DNA of 64,000 nt, taken from the NCBI RefSeq assembly GCF_000150275.1, contig NW_002060947.1, forward strand, positions 7,301,880 to 7,365,879. Reading direction: 5' to 3'. The position numbers were made by a program, and so were the translations under genes. Shown here in pieces: positions 1-12,094 of the stretch. Every line of letters starts with the position of its first letter. Position 1 is the first letter of the stretch. The notes below the pieces were generated by a model that was not told the origin of the DNA, did not search any database, and saw only the letters and a list, made by a program, of their open reading frames with translations. The stretch is from Trichoplax adhaerens (Eukaryota > Animalia > Placozoa).

Positions 1-1294
1 TACGCCCATAATTTAAAGGAGTTTTATTCGAACATTGTCGTGTTTATGTCCATAATCAATCGCATTTTATTCTTGGTTTGCTAAATTTGACGATGTCAAT
101 TCGATTTCAATTTCTTGCAAAGAACGTTAGAACTCTTAGAAGTATAATTTTGATAATTACGTGCATGATAAGTAAGTAAGGTCGTATAATGGCAATAATG
201 AATAATTTGATAGTTTTATGATCGATAATGCTATATATTAAGAACAGGGAATGAATATGGTGGATATAAATTGGTAAATACCGTAAGGGAATCAATTGCT
301 ACTATAAATATTTTCACCACTTGCATATGTATAATCTTACAACTATTTTATCATATTTGCTCCTCAATAAAACAGCAACAATAAAGCAATTCTACATGAA
401 TGTCAGAATCGCTAAAGGCAGTACTAGGTACTCTAGGAGAAATAATTAACTCCAGCATTTCAATATTTATCTTAAGGCTTATATCAACTGATGCTATTCA
501 AACGGTTATAATGGTATTTCTATCATGATGTTAACAAACACTATCAATATGATAGCATTCACACAACTGTCTTTATTATCGTCAACAGTTGTCAGTTTCT
601 ATGTACAAATATAAAGTGTAAAATATATTATACGAGGAGCCGCTATTATAACGGAATCATAAACTCATTTTTCATCGACCAGTCGATAAAATGTGCGCAA
701 GTCTGTCGTTTTTTGGAATCAGAAATCTTTTCAGCTATGCCATTTAACTTATAAAAATTTAGTTTCCCATTATAAGGCAAGTACCAAAAATAGAGTACAT
801 CAATTTCGATTATGATTATTTCAATTCTATTTACAGAATCTAGTAGATTAAAATTTATAAATTTACGAATTCTGCTAGAAGATGCAAGCATTACAGGTTA
901 CTATCTTAAACTACAGTATTGCTTAAGTGATTAGTCATAATTATAATCGATCAATGCAGTTAATGTCCTTCAACCTTGGCAGAAGGAATTTGTTATTCTA
1001 CAATAATCAACAAGCACTTGAATAAATTAATAAAATAAAAATGAGAGAAACGCCTTAAGGATATCCACTTTTCGCAAAGAGTTTCACTGGAAGTTGAATA
1101 CCGTGGCTCATTTTATACGGCTTTGAATGAAATTAACAGATAGAAATGATAGTAACGATTACAGATGGCTGAAATATCAATAACGCCATGCTTGACATAC
1201 AGGTTTATTAGAACCACCGATGAATGTAAGTGTAGCTTTGCTCATCTGTCGTTGAGGGAGAACAGATGCAAGTGATGTATTTTATTACTCCTTA

Positions 1295-2509
1295 TCACCA
1301 CAGCGATAATGATCGTTTCAAGACCGACCAAACACTATTGGATAATTGCGATTGCACCTTTTTATCGGCTACTACTTCTTGACATACATGCTTGCCTAAT
1401 TCAATGGATTGATGCGATACCACATCAGATGCAATGACATCCCTTAGTCCAAGGGCAACAAAATCCTTAGTTTGTTGACTTCCAATGACATTGTTCAAAA
1501 CACGTTGTAGTGTTGCTTGTGTATTAGCATCTTTCATCAGCATTTCCATATAACTTAATAGTTTGTTTTTTGTAACTTCATCTTGCATTAACTGATCCAG
1601 CACTTTCTTTGACAATATTGTCAGTTGTTGTAATGTGTGAGGATCGTTGATGACATAGATTAATAATCTTTGTAGAGCTATTTTTGTCTCTTGTTGCTCT
1701 GCTAACTGAGTAATAAATTTAATAGCGGCATTTTGTGTTTGCTCATCATTCAAGATATCTTGTATCAATGTTTTGGAGATGATATTGGCCTGATTGACTA
1801 CCTGAACGTCGCTTAACGATCGACTGGCCACATCGGCCACTTCATCAGCCATATTTTCACGTATATATTCGCGAAAGATGTAGACTGTTAGAAACAAAAA
1901 CATGGTAATGCCAATGGTTAATTTAAATGCCGCATTTCCATGAGATCGTATGAAATTTTCGATATCATGTCGACTAAGGACGATTGTAGTATGTTGGCTA
2001 TGGCTAGAAGATTGTGACATATTGACTTTCTTATCTGGTTTGGCCATCGTACTGAAGGAAACGTTTGATTTGAAGCGATTTAATATTGAACTGTTGAAGA
2101 TTAGTGGCTGTTTCAACCCGCCATGACCGTATCGATCAGAATTGAAAGTGAACCACTGTTGGCTCCCTTTTGGACTATGTATCATCATCATCGTTCTCCG
2201 AAGTAGAAGTGAACCTAATGGAGGTGGAACGATCAACGATTGTGCTCGTATGGAAGACGGGAATAGTAATCTTGTTTGCATGATGATTGCAGATTGATTT
2301 GCTGTAGGTAGAAAAGATGGATTAGCAGTTCTTGCTGCTGTACATGGAACGATACACGATTTTACGACTGACTGGGATAGAAATGTTGTTTGCATGGTGG
2401 CCATAAGTTGATTGCTTGTTGCAACAAGAGATCGATTACCCAATGTTGCAGCTCCCCATGAATTCAAAAAGCATGGTTTATATAATTGAGACAGTAATCT
2501 TGCCCACAT
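1295..2509 (-). CDS. Uncharacterised 404-aa single-pass membrane protein, probably mitochondrial, with C-terminal amphipathic helical repeats
   Basis: Uninterrupted 404-codon ORF in AT-rich DNA. The first ~150 aa are R/S/L/T-rich with almost no acidic residues (presequence-like). One hydrophobic segment (LTIGITMFLFLTVYIF) is followed by helical repeats spaced 17 or 21 aa. Confidence 0.75.
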   Translation of the reverse strand: MWARLLSQLYKPCFLNSWGAATLGNRSLVATSNQLMATMQTTFLSQSVVKSCIVPCTAARTANPSFLPTANQSAIIMQTRLLFPSSIRAQSLIVPPPLGSLLLRRTMMMIHSPKGSQQWFTFNSDRYGHGGLKQPLIFNSSILNRFKSNVSFSTMAKPDKKVNMSQSSSHSQHTTIVLSRHDIENFIRSHGNAAFKLTIGITMFLFLTVYIFREYIRENMADEVADVASRSLSDVQVVNQANIISKTLIQDILNDEQTQNAAIKFITQLAEQQETKIALQRLLIYVINDPHTLQQLTILSKKVLDQLMQDEVTKNKLLSYMEMLMKDANTQATLQRVLNNVIGSQQTKDFVALGLRDVIASDVVSHQSIELGKHVCQEVVADKKVQSQLSNSVWSVLKRSLSLW

Positions 2510-3084
2510 GGTGATTTGTGATGGATGAGATCTACAACCTTATTAATGATACATCGATAACCTTTTTCCGATCCAGTACTAGTTTGTGTTTCCAAAGTAG
2601 GAAATCATCATTGAGTTATAGACAATGACGATTGATCCGTTGTAAGATTCTGTTGTCGTTTTTAATGGTTTTTTTCCTTTTTCAATCCTCTGATAGAAGA
2701 TAGGGTGAGGACTATGGAGGAGAGCGGAGTGATCATCCGTATTCCTTGATAGACCTTCCAATGAATCGCGGAGAAGTTTTCTACTCCAACGAGCAGAAAA
2801 TGACGCAATCGAATGTCACTATTTTGCTATCAATCAATTATGAATGGTTGAAAAGTAATTTCATCGACTAGAACATCGATAAGGTAATCTTGGATAGCAA
2901 CGAAATGGTGATCATAACATAGTCAATATGGAGTTGAACAGAGGCAAAAGATTTGTTCTTCTTTTCGATGATTTGCCATCGCACTTTCAGATAAACATCA
3001 TGGCTAGAAGCCTAGAACTTAGAAGTGATTCCGTGATTCCTGCAAGGATGGACAGACCGAAAGGATCGCTTCGCCGGCTATGGT

Positions 3085-4600
3085 ACCGTACCGCTTGCAG
3101 CTGGAGTACTGTACACTGTAGCCAGTGTACTGTAATGTTTGGAGCCGAATACTGTACTGTACAGTATAATGACTACAGTATAGAGAGAGAGAGAGAGTTT
3201 ATTTCATACAGAAAGAGTAGAATGATTGGAAAATCCTAGCAGAAGAAACAGAGAGAGTCAGCATGATATCGATAGCCTCCGTTGGTACTGTATAACGTGG
3301 ACAGGACCTTTTCTAGCCTTTCAAAGGTCAGGTATTCAATGGGTTTAGTCTAGTGTGACAGACAGGCGGACATTTGTACATTACTGTATTGTGCAATTTA
3401 CTGTATTGTACAGTACTGTACACTCAGTGTACTGTACACTGTACACTGTACAGAAAAGGAAATGGTACCGTTTTTACCGTTATATAGGACTACAGTAGAG
3501 AGAGAGAGAGAGCTTATTTCATACAGAATGAGTAGGATGATTGGAAAATCCTAGCAGAAGAAAGAGAGAGAGTCAGAGAGTAGCAATCATATCGATAGCC
3601 CGTTGGTGTAACGTGGACAGGACCTTTTCTAGCCTTTCAAAGGTCAGGTATTCATTTGGTTTCATTTGGACATGACAGACAGGCGGACACCCTGTGCGTC
3701 ATCATGTACAGTGTACAGTACATTTTACAGTACTGTACACTTCGTGTACTGTACACTGTACAGAAAAAGGAAATGATACCCCTAGAATGGTACTAGTAAC
3801 ACTGGTGATGACGACTTGGCAGAACTAGCAGGGACTACTGAAGGCCGTCTTCAGTTCGACTTGAATACTTTTCTTCATGACTGTACAGTCTCGATGAGGG
3901 TATAGTGAACTGCAGTTACTCATAACGTACCATGTACTAGTACTAATGTAGCCATCGGCGATGCCTCTTCGTCATCTACACTGTCTACGATTCGCTTCCT
4001 TGAGTACTCCTTTACTTACAGTACGATACAGTGTACAGTGTACAGTACACTGAATGTACACTGTACTGTACACTGTACAGTACACTCAGGTCTAGACTAC
4101 AGTACAATACAGTACTGTACAGTATGTACAATACACTACTATTATATTATACTGTACGCTATCGTTGTTCGATTGTGCCAATGTACAGTAATACCGTACT
4201 ACTGTATAAACTTGTAATGATCATGCGCTGTCAGTGTGAACGGCGTACGTATATACTGTACTGTATAGAAGCCGCCGCTTTTCAATGCTATCAAGAGAGA
4301 GCACAGTGAGTAGTTAGTTTGGCAATACCTCCAACGACGTCTTCAATTTCTTGTCTGTATGCTAAGTGAGAGTAGTACCAACTTTCAATACAGCTATCGT
4401 GATACACAACTACTACAGTATATGGTACTGTAAGATGGAGTACTGTACACTGTACAAGTACAGTACTGTACAGTACTCCATGACACCGACACTTTACAGT
4501 GTACAGTACACTGCACCAACAGCAATACACTGTACACTGTACATTGCACTGGACTGACAGCAGGAGGACAAGAACCTGGCTGCGCAGTGCGTACTGTGCG
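3085..4600. promoter_or_regulatory. ACAGT/ACTGT (TACAGTAC/GTACTGTA)-rich divergent promoter region between the 404-aa gene and RPF2
   Basis: Dozens of tacagt/actgta/tgtaca words, densest at 4020-4220 and 4410-4545, lying between two divergent start codons (2509 - and 4881 +). Promoter role is inferred from position. Confidence 0.6.
3171..3780. repeat. Two-copy tandem duplication, period ~317 bp, with (GA)n tracts
   Basis: gactacagta..(ga)n..ttatttcatacaga..atgattggaaaatcctagcagaagaaa..aacgtggacaggaccttttctagcctttcaaaggtcaggtattca starts at 3171 and again at 3488. Confidence 0.9.
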
Positions 4601-4880
4601 CAGCCAGCGTGATTAAGCAAGCAATCATTGAAAGTAATCCTGCTCAATTAGCCTTGCAAGCTCTTGCAACTTATTCATCATTGATACAGTGGGTGCTTAA
4701 AAGACTTCTTTTACTTATTACAGTGGTAAACCATTGCATTAGCCAGCTATTGCGTACTTGTAATTCATCTGGATTACGGATAGTTGCCAATCAAGTGGCT
4801 AATAATAAGCTTGACTAGCTTCTCTTTCAATCCATACTGTGCAATATTCGTGTCCATTGTGCAACGTTGAAGGAACCGTC

Positions 4881-7023
4881 ATGGTCAAATCTTCAGATGA
4901 TATTGTGTAAGTCGATGCCGTTCCGTGTGCTATAGGACGTATTTTGCATTGGATTGCTACAGCAATAAGAAATGCTTTTCCAAAGAGGATTGTAGCCAAT
5001 AGAGTGACTGACCTAATTCATCGTGTATCATCTTTTCCTTAGCAAACCCAAAACCAAGCGAGGCAAACGAGCCTTGGAACAACGAGAAGCTAAAATCAAT
5101 GAAAATGCAAAGAAAGCTTTATTTCTACGCGGTACAAAAACAAGTGAAGTCGTCTCGCAAGCCATGAAAGATTGGGTAGGTCTTGTGGACTATTTCCAAA
5201 GCAGCCGTATGAAATAATGAAATTATTACATTGTATGATAGGCTAACCACTCGGATAAGCATGTACAGTCATAGTACTAGTACGATACAATACTGCACAA
5301 TCAAAATATCCTGTATAAAAATGGAAGGCGCCCGAGTAGCGACTTGCTGTAATCTTGAGCACTCAATAGCTAATAACTATACTATCCTTTTTATTCATTA
5401 CAATTGAATCTGCAGTTACAACTGAAAAAACCCTTTGCTATATCTTATCAAAAGTAAGTTTACAGGTTGTACATTTGCATATCTTGGCACAGCGATTGCT
5501 TCTTGATTAATCTTACCTTCAATCGATGTTATCCCCAAGGAAATGACTGTTGTTAATATTGTATCCATTTTTTTGGACTACTGTATCTTCACAGGAGAAA
5601 TGAAATTAGACCTTTTGAAGACCAAACATCTCTGGTATGTCTTGTTCATTTATTCTACTTCATATTTTCCATGGCTGCCATGGACTTCATTAACGTATCA
5701 ACATTCTAGCAATGAGACACAATGCAATGTAGCAAGACCTCTCAATGGCAAAGTATTAATATTTAATTTCTTTCCGATCTCCTCTGTCCATAGGAATTCT
5801 TCTCCAAAAAGTCAGACGCTTCATTATTCGTATTTGGTAATCATACTAAAAAACGCCCGCATAATTTAATCTTAGGTATGCCATTTTCCTCCATTTCATG
5901 ATCAAAATGCAATCTATCAATCAATCAATAATTATTATAAACGTAAATTCTGGTAATTTCTATCTTGAATACTGGTATATGTCAAAACTATAGGAAGAAT
6001 GTATGATTACCACCTATTAGACATGTTTGAATTGGGCATTACACAGTTTCAAGCTCTGCGAAATTTTAAGGTATATTCTATAGACTACGAGACCTTTGTG
6101 ATATTGAGTACATTCAAAAATAATCATTCAATGTCTCTCTACCCTTTCATACAGGGTATTAAGTCAACCCTTGGATGCAAACCATGCTTAATTTTTGCTG
6201 GTGAAGCTTTTGAAACTCAAACTGATTATATACGTCTTAAACATATGCTTCTTGGTTGGTTGAATTCCAGTCACTCTATTTTAATAATAATGAATTATTT
6301 CGTATTCATTCTAGTGTTTCAACTCTCTCAATTTCAATGATCGTAACTTGTCGTATATATCTCGTAGACTTTTTTCGAGGCCCAAAGGTTGACAATATTC
6401 GGTTAAATGGTTTAGAACACGTTATTCACATCACAGCTTTGAAGGAAAAGATTCTGTTTCGATGTTATAAGTGAGTTTTACTCATTTTGTAATCAATACT
6501 AAGTTGACTTGAGCTAGCTGCTCGGCCATTGCCCTTGCAACATAATTTCTAAGTTAATTACACGTTATTACCCTTTCTTGTGGTTAGAGTTTTGCTTAAA
6601 AAGTCAGGTACTAAGACACCGCGTGTCGAATTACAAGAAATGGGACCTAGCATCGATTTTGAACTTAGAAGAACAAAATTAGGTTCAGAAGAACTACTAA
6701 AGGAAGCCAGAAAAGTACCCAGAGTCCTAAAGGTATAGTACTGCATAGAATAGAGACCTGTATACAAGAATTGAACACCTTTGATGATTGTTCATCTATC
6801 GAGAGGCTTACCATTTTCTTTCAATTGAATTCTATTAACTTAGCCGAAAAAAGAGAAAAATATTTCTCATGATACATTTGGAGCGAAACTTGGCCGTGTA
6901 CATATCCAATCACAAAATTTAAGTTCTATTCAAACTCGTAAAATGAAGGCATTAAAGCGTAAGAAAGAAAAGGATGTTGCTAGTGTAGACGCAAAGAAGG
7001 CCAAAAGTGCAGCAACAGAATGA
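4881..7023 (+). CDS. RPF2: Ribosome production factor 2 (Brix-domain protein), 10 exons
   Basis: Exons ~4881-4906, 5043-5175, 5416-5453, 5595-5634, 5794-5875, 5994-6070, 6155-6254, 6368-6470, 6588-6732, 6844-7023, all GT-AG and in frame. Peptides KPKTKRGKRALEQRE, RPFEDQTSLEFFSKKSD, GRMYDYHLLDMFELG, TPRVELQEMGPSIDF and QTRKMKALK match RPF2. Confidence 0.96.
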
Positions 7024-7533
7024 ATAAGCACCAATGCAGTTTTAGATAACATTTTTTATTACTGATAACACTGAGGCCTGGCCTGCAAGGTGAAAATAAA
7101 GTTTTGTTACTTTATACTTGACCACCTCTATTATTTGTGTAAAACTACTTACATTGATTACAGAATCTTGTATATTACAATTGCTATTAGATACCGATCA
7201 TTGCGTTGTATATATATATATATATACAAAGTAGAGCTACTATAGCTTGTAATATGGCATGTAAATTGCTAGATTAGAGGGAGTCTTCCACGTTACGCTG
7301 ATAATTATTAACCTTAACTTCGTGATAATCATGAGAATAGATATTTTGCAAAGCTTTTTCAATTTTGTACAAAGTAGACTAATCTCCAATGTACCTGACG
7401 GCAATGATATTCAAGTTTAACTAAAATTGAGTGTCAATGATGGCAAACATTTTATAGTGTTTCAGAATAATATAAAAATTTCGGAGTAATGTCAAACCAT
7501 GTTTGTATTGGTGTAATTACAATAACGTATACA

Positions 7534-10500
7534 TCATGAAATCGTCTTGAAAGCTACTCTTCTAGGAGTTTTAGTAGGAGATATACTTGACTGAGTACTC
7601 TGCGACAACGTAACTTTATCGCTTTCTTCAGAACTGCTGGTGGTATCACTGGATAGTAGTTCGATTTTATTTGCGCTGTACTGATGCAGGTCTTCATTTT
7701 TTGTGCTTTCACGTTTTTCCTTGTTTTGACATGAATCGCCACTTTCAGAGTTGGTATTTTTATTAGTCACCGGTGAGAGAGTAATTAGAGTTGCCCTTTT
7801 AGTAGTGGTCACTTTCGGTGAATCATTCGCTACTTGATTCTCATTACACTTAGTGCTTGAAGTAGGCGATTGCCCGTTTAGGGTACCAAGAGTAATTAGT
7901 TTCGCTCTCTTTACAGGCTTAACCGGGGTATCATTTAACTGCTGATTACTCGTCGGAGACTTTGCTCGAGAAGGTGTATCATGTCTTGCAACTTCTAATT
8001 CGCTATTTCCATTCATCTTTAGGGGCGTCTTGTCTAATTCTTGATCAGATATTGACGAATTAGGAGACTTTACATCATCAGTACATACGAGTTTCCTTTT
8101 ACTTGCAGATTCTACCTGGGGCTGTAATATAAGAATAGAACATACAATCAGGAGTAATAATGAGTAGTCCAGCAAGACACCATTATTCAGACTATGCCAA
8201 TTTCATCAATGAAATATAACAGGACGGAATGCATGTTAAGAGAAATTGTTTAATTAGCGATAGTATATCCTATTACATGTATTAGTTTGATGCTAATGCT
8301 ATAACCCTAGCTCAGAAGGCTTTCAATATAAATACAAACCTGAGGATTATCGCATAATTCAAGTTGACGTTTAACACCTAATTCGTCATCGGCAAAGGCA
8401 ATAAGTGAACAATATCCATCTGCTGATGAAACAACCAAGAATTTTGCATCATGTGACCTAAAAGCAGAGAAAAAATTTCCGTACCATTGTCAAAGGCACG
8501 TGAATTACGTAGAATGTCTACCAAAGATAAAACCATCTTACCAAGCAATATCAGTTAAGGCTGCGTAGTGGATACACGATATATATGCAAATGGCAATTT
8601 CTGTTGAGTATCGTATAAAATGACAGAATCTAAGGTAGCGACGGCGATAATCATCCGGTATGGCAAACTAATCGTTAAGAGAATTCAATAATAATATTAA
8701 GTCGTACGCATGCTATTCCATCATTGGCAAGTCATGTATTACTGCATTATCTTATCGCTACTAAAAAGAGTAGTTGAGAAGAGCTTAGAGAATAATTTTA
8801 TAACGTTTTATCCTAGAAAGCCGAAACCATGAATGTAAGCAAGTATTAACATAGTTATATTTAGCTGAAAGCAGCTCGATTTGTAGTTTTAGTTCAGTCC
8901 GTGAATGCTATTGCGACACTTACTCAAACATTTCTTGTTCCTTTTCAGTTTCAGTATTGCCATTATCTAGTGGGAAAGTCAATAAAGATCATAAGCGACA
9001 TAAAGCTATTTGATCGATATTGCCAATGTAGTAATCTAACAGTATGAACACTTGAAAGTATTACCACTTGAGGCTTCCTTCATGTCTCGCTTTTCAAATA
9101 ATACAGGGCAACATCTAACGGCGATAGAGGCTTTTTGACCTGATAATAAGCACACTACGGGTCTAACAGATACCAAATTGAAAAAAAGAAAGTTGTAGTT
9201 CGGTTAGCAAATCAATGCTTATTATACAAATCTTTCTAATTTATGTAGTACATTATGACATCTTAAATTTAGGCTTGCAGTTTCTCTCATACTTTGACAT
9301 AGAATTCCTAGTAAATATAAATGTTGTATTTTTCATATCGTCTTTGTCTTCAATCTGGCCAGCTAAAAATGAAAATAATATCTGTTAGTAGTTGCTCATA
9401 CCGAACAGCATAATGAGATAAAACGCGTGTATACAAGAATGTAAATTGCAGGGTGTAACTTAACAGTAATATATACATTTATCATACTCAGGAATGTCTC
9501 TATATACTTTATTTGAGTTACCTGGAACTACCATAAGCTTTCCATCAGGAGAAAAGTTAGGCCGTCTAAAGAACGTTTGTAGTGTTTCCTCATGGAATAT
9601 TCTGTAATACTTGCGTTTTGTCTGTAAGTGAATATGTAGAAATAGTTTCATCTTTTATCAATATGCGTATAATAACGTAATCAGATACAAAAGTATACAT
9701 CAAGACTATATCTTTTAGGCTGTTATGGTCGCCAACGCTAGCATCTATATTCTTGATCGTCCGAGATCGTATACGAGTACAAGTCAACATTAAAAAGTAT
9801 AAGTTGATCAATTACATCTACATTTCATACCTCTCCATCTTTTAATGGACGAGATGAAGGCAATTTGCTGATATTATACAAAGATCGTTGTTTCTCCATT
9901 GAATATACACGACAGCTACGATCGCTGGATAAAGTCATAAAATACTGATTTAGAGGGTCCCAAGATACTCCCTGGACATAATGTGTGTGTTCTTTTAAAA
10001 TGTTTAATTTTTGGCCTATCGTGACACAATGAAATGGATTAGAATCCTGTCTATGACACCATAATTTAGAAAAAGTCAATCTAGTTATCTTCTCACATTT
10101 ATCAACATCCCATACAATGGCTGAATTGTCTACTGATCCAGAAATTAGCCTAGTTGCATCGCGTGACCATGCAATATCATAAACGTCTTCCAAGTGTCCT
10201 CTGTGATACCATAAAGCCAAAATTAGTCCATTAGTGAACATTGTATTATCAAGCTGCAAACTGATTTAGCAGCTTCCACGGTATGATGATATAATGTATA
10301 TAAATGGTTACAGTATTAATGTTTCTTTGATTCATACTCATAGCATATCTGGGATAATAACCTTAAGATTTTACTGACTGTCCAGCTTTCGCGTACTTCT
10401 AAATCCTCCGATTCAAGATAACATTTATCACTACCATAATTTTCGGCTAATTTCCAAATTATAATCGTTCCATCTAAGTTTATTTAAGATTAGAAAATGG

Positions 10501-11751
10501 AAACTAAGAAGAAATTCTTCCAAGTTAATAAGTTAAATTGCCGTTATTCCTTTCTAATAAATAGAGTGAATTATTATTTGTTACGATTAATATGTATGGC
10601 TAAAAGTGTCTTACCGTCACTTCCAGAAGCCAAGAAATCCGTTGTTGAAAATCTGACGACGTTGACAGTTTTAGTATGGCGAGATAAGTTAGAAAGAAAT
10701 TCTGTAGTAATGTTGCCATCTTCGTCTTGATCTACTTTCCATATCTAGACGAAAGTAAAAGTATCATTGGATTAAAACTATCGCAACGACCTGAATCTCC
10801 GTTATGGTTCCATAGTTATTCGGTTTGGGTAAGATTAATCATAATAAAGACGCATAAGAGGCAAGACTGTAGACTATCTCTACTTCAACAGACACATCCA
10901 ATTACGGGACGTTATACTCGTATGAAATTTCTTCAGAAACTGCAAGTTGCTATGGCAATCATTATAAAGATATAGTAGACAACTACCGTAGCAGTTGAAT
11001 GATGTCCATTTTGCATAGCTTTTCGCTGATAGCCGAATGCAAAACTTTGCATTGGTTTTAGAAGGTTCTTTTGATCGCAGTAGAGTGCAGGGATAATAAC
11101 TAGGCTTATATACTTGAATCAATGAACCGTAACCAATGTTGCCATAACACTAGATGACTTTGTATTGGCAATTATATAAGGTTCTACAGATAGTAGATCA
11201 TTACATTGAATATTTGTGCTATAGCTGTGATATCAAGAGTTCATTGTTAGAGTATATATGGATAATACAAAGTGAATTGTATGCTAAGCGTAAGGCGCAT
11301 CAAAAATAAATCATTCCAACAGGAATAGATCAGAACAATTTAGTATCGAGAATCAAACACTTCAATGCTGTCTATTTTACTTATGCATTCTTATATTCTG
11401 TTATTACTCATGCAATAGAATCAAGCCAATTGTACATAATACACTGACAGTTGATGTGTGCTAATTCAAGAGTGGCTTTCAACTTGTATATCGATTGGAT
11501 GGTGAGTAGTGAAAAAAGTTGCAGCCATGACATCACCACTGCTAGCCGGGATAGGATCTTGTTGATCAAGATGCTATTATCCCTTCCAATAGTCTTATAA
11601 AAATCATTTTCCTTCCCACCATGATTACCTTAATATCTGCATCCCCTCCAGCCGATGCTAAACGCCATAAAGAATTGCTAGCTTGACTAAAATCGATACT
11701 AAAGATGGGCTCTTTACCATGCCAAGCAATTTCTGGTGTGGAAACCTTCAT
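7534..11751 (-). CDS. CHAF1B: Chromatin assembly factor 1 subunit B (p60/Cac2), WD40 protein, 12 exons
   Basis: N-terminus [21 protein letters not shown]. Motifs [85 protein letters not shown]. First exon 11751-11629, last exon ~8121-7534. Confidence 0.95.
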
Positions 11752-12094
11752 GTTGTTTTCCTATCTCACATTCTTTCTGCCTTGGTTTATTTCCCGCCAA
11801 GCGCTTTTATACCCAGCCCTTACAGTACTTTACACTTTCACGAAGGAATCGAAGGACTGTAGCCAGGAGAGTACAGTATATAGTACTGTAATTTTCGGAT
11901 CGTTTGGCCTAGAATACAGTTTCTATGGATTAGGGAATGACTGATGAAATGAGTCTTGTTTAGCACCCAATATTAACTGCAAGGTTGCCTTTGCGCAGTA
12001 TGGTAGTATGATGCACGGTTACAGTTATAGCGTATAGTAAAATGACCAGTTAAAATAGTCAAACTATACATTTCTAATTGCGGCATAGCAAGCC

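Noticed and set aside
4285-4311. Alternative RPF2 first exon (ATG 4285, donor gtgagt 4306)
   Set aside because: Phase 0, incompatible with the phase-2 acceptor at 5043; the exon at 4881-4906 fits.
2928-4818. Tyr/Cys/Thr/Val-rich short ORFs
   Set aside because: Translation artefacts of the ACAGT-rich low-complexity DNA.
7534-8175. Secreted 213-aa protein with a signal peptide
   Set aside because: The hydrophobic start is intron sequence; the rest is the last exon of CHAF1B.
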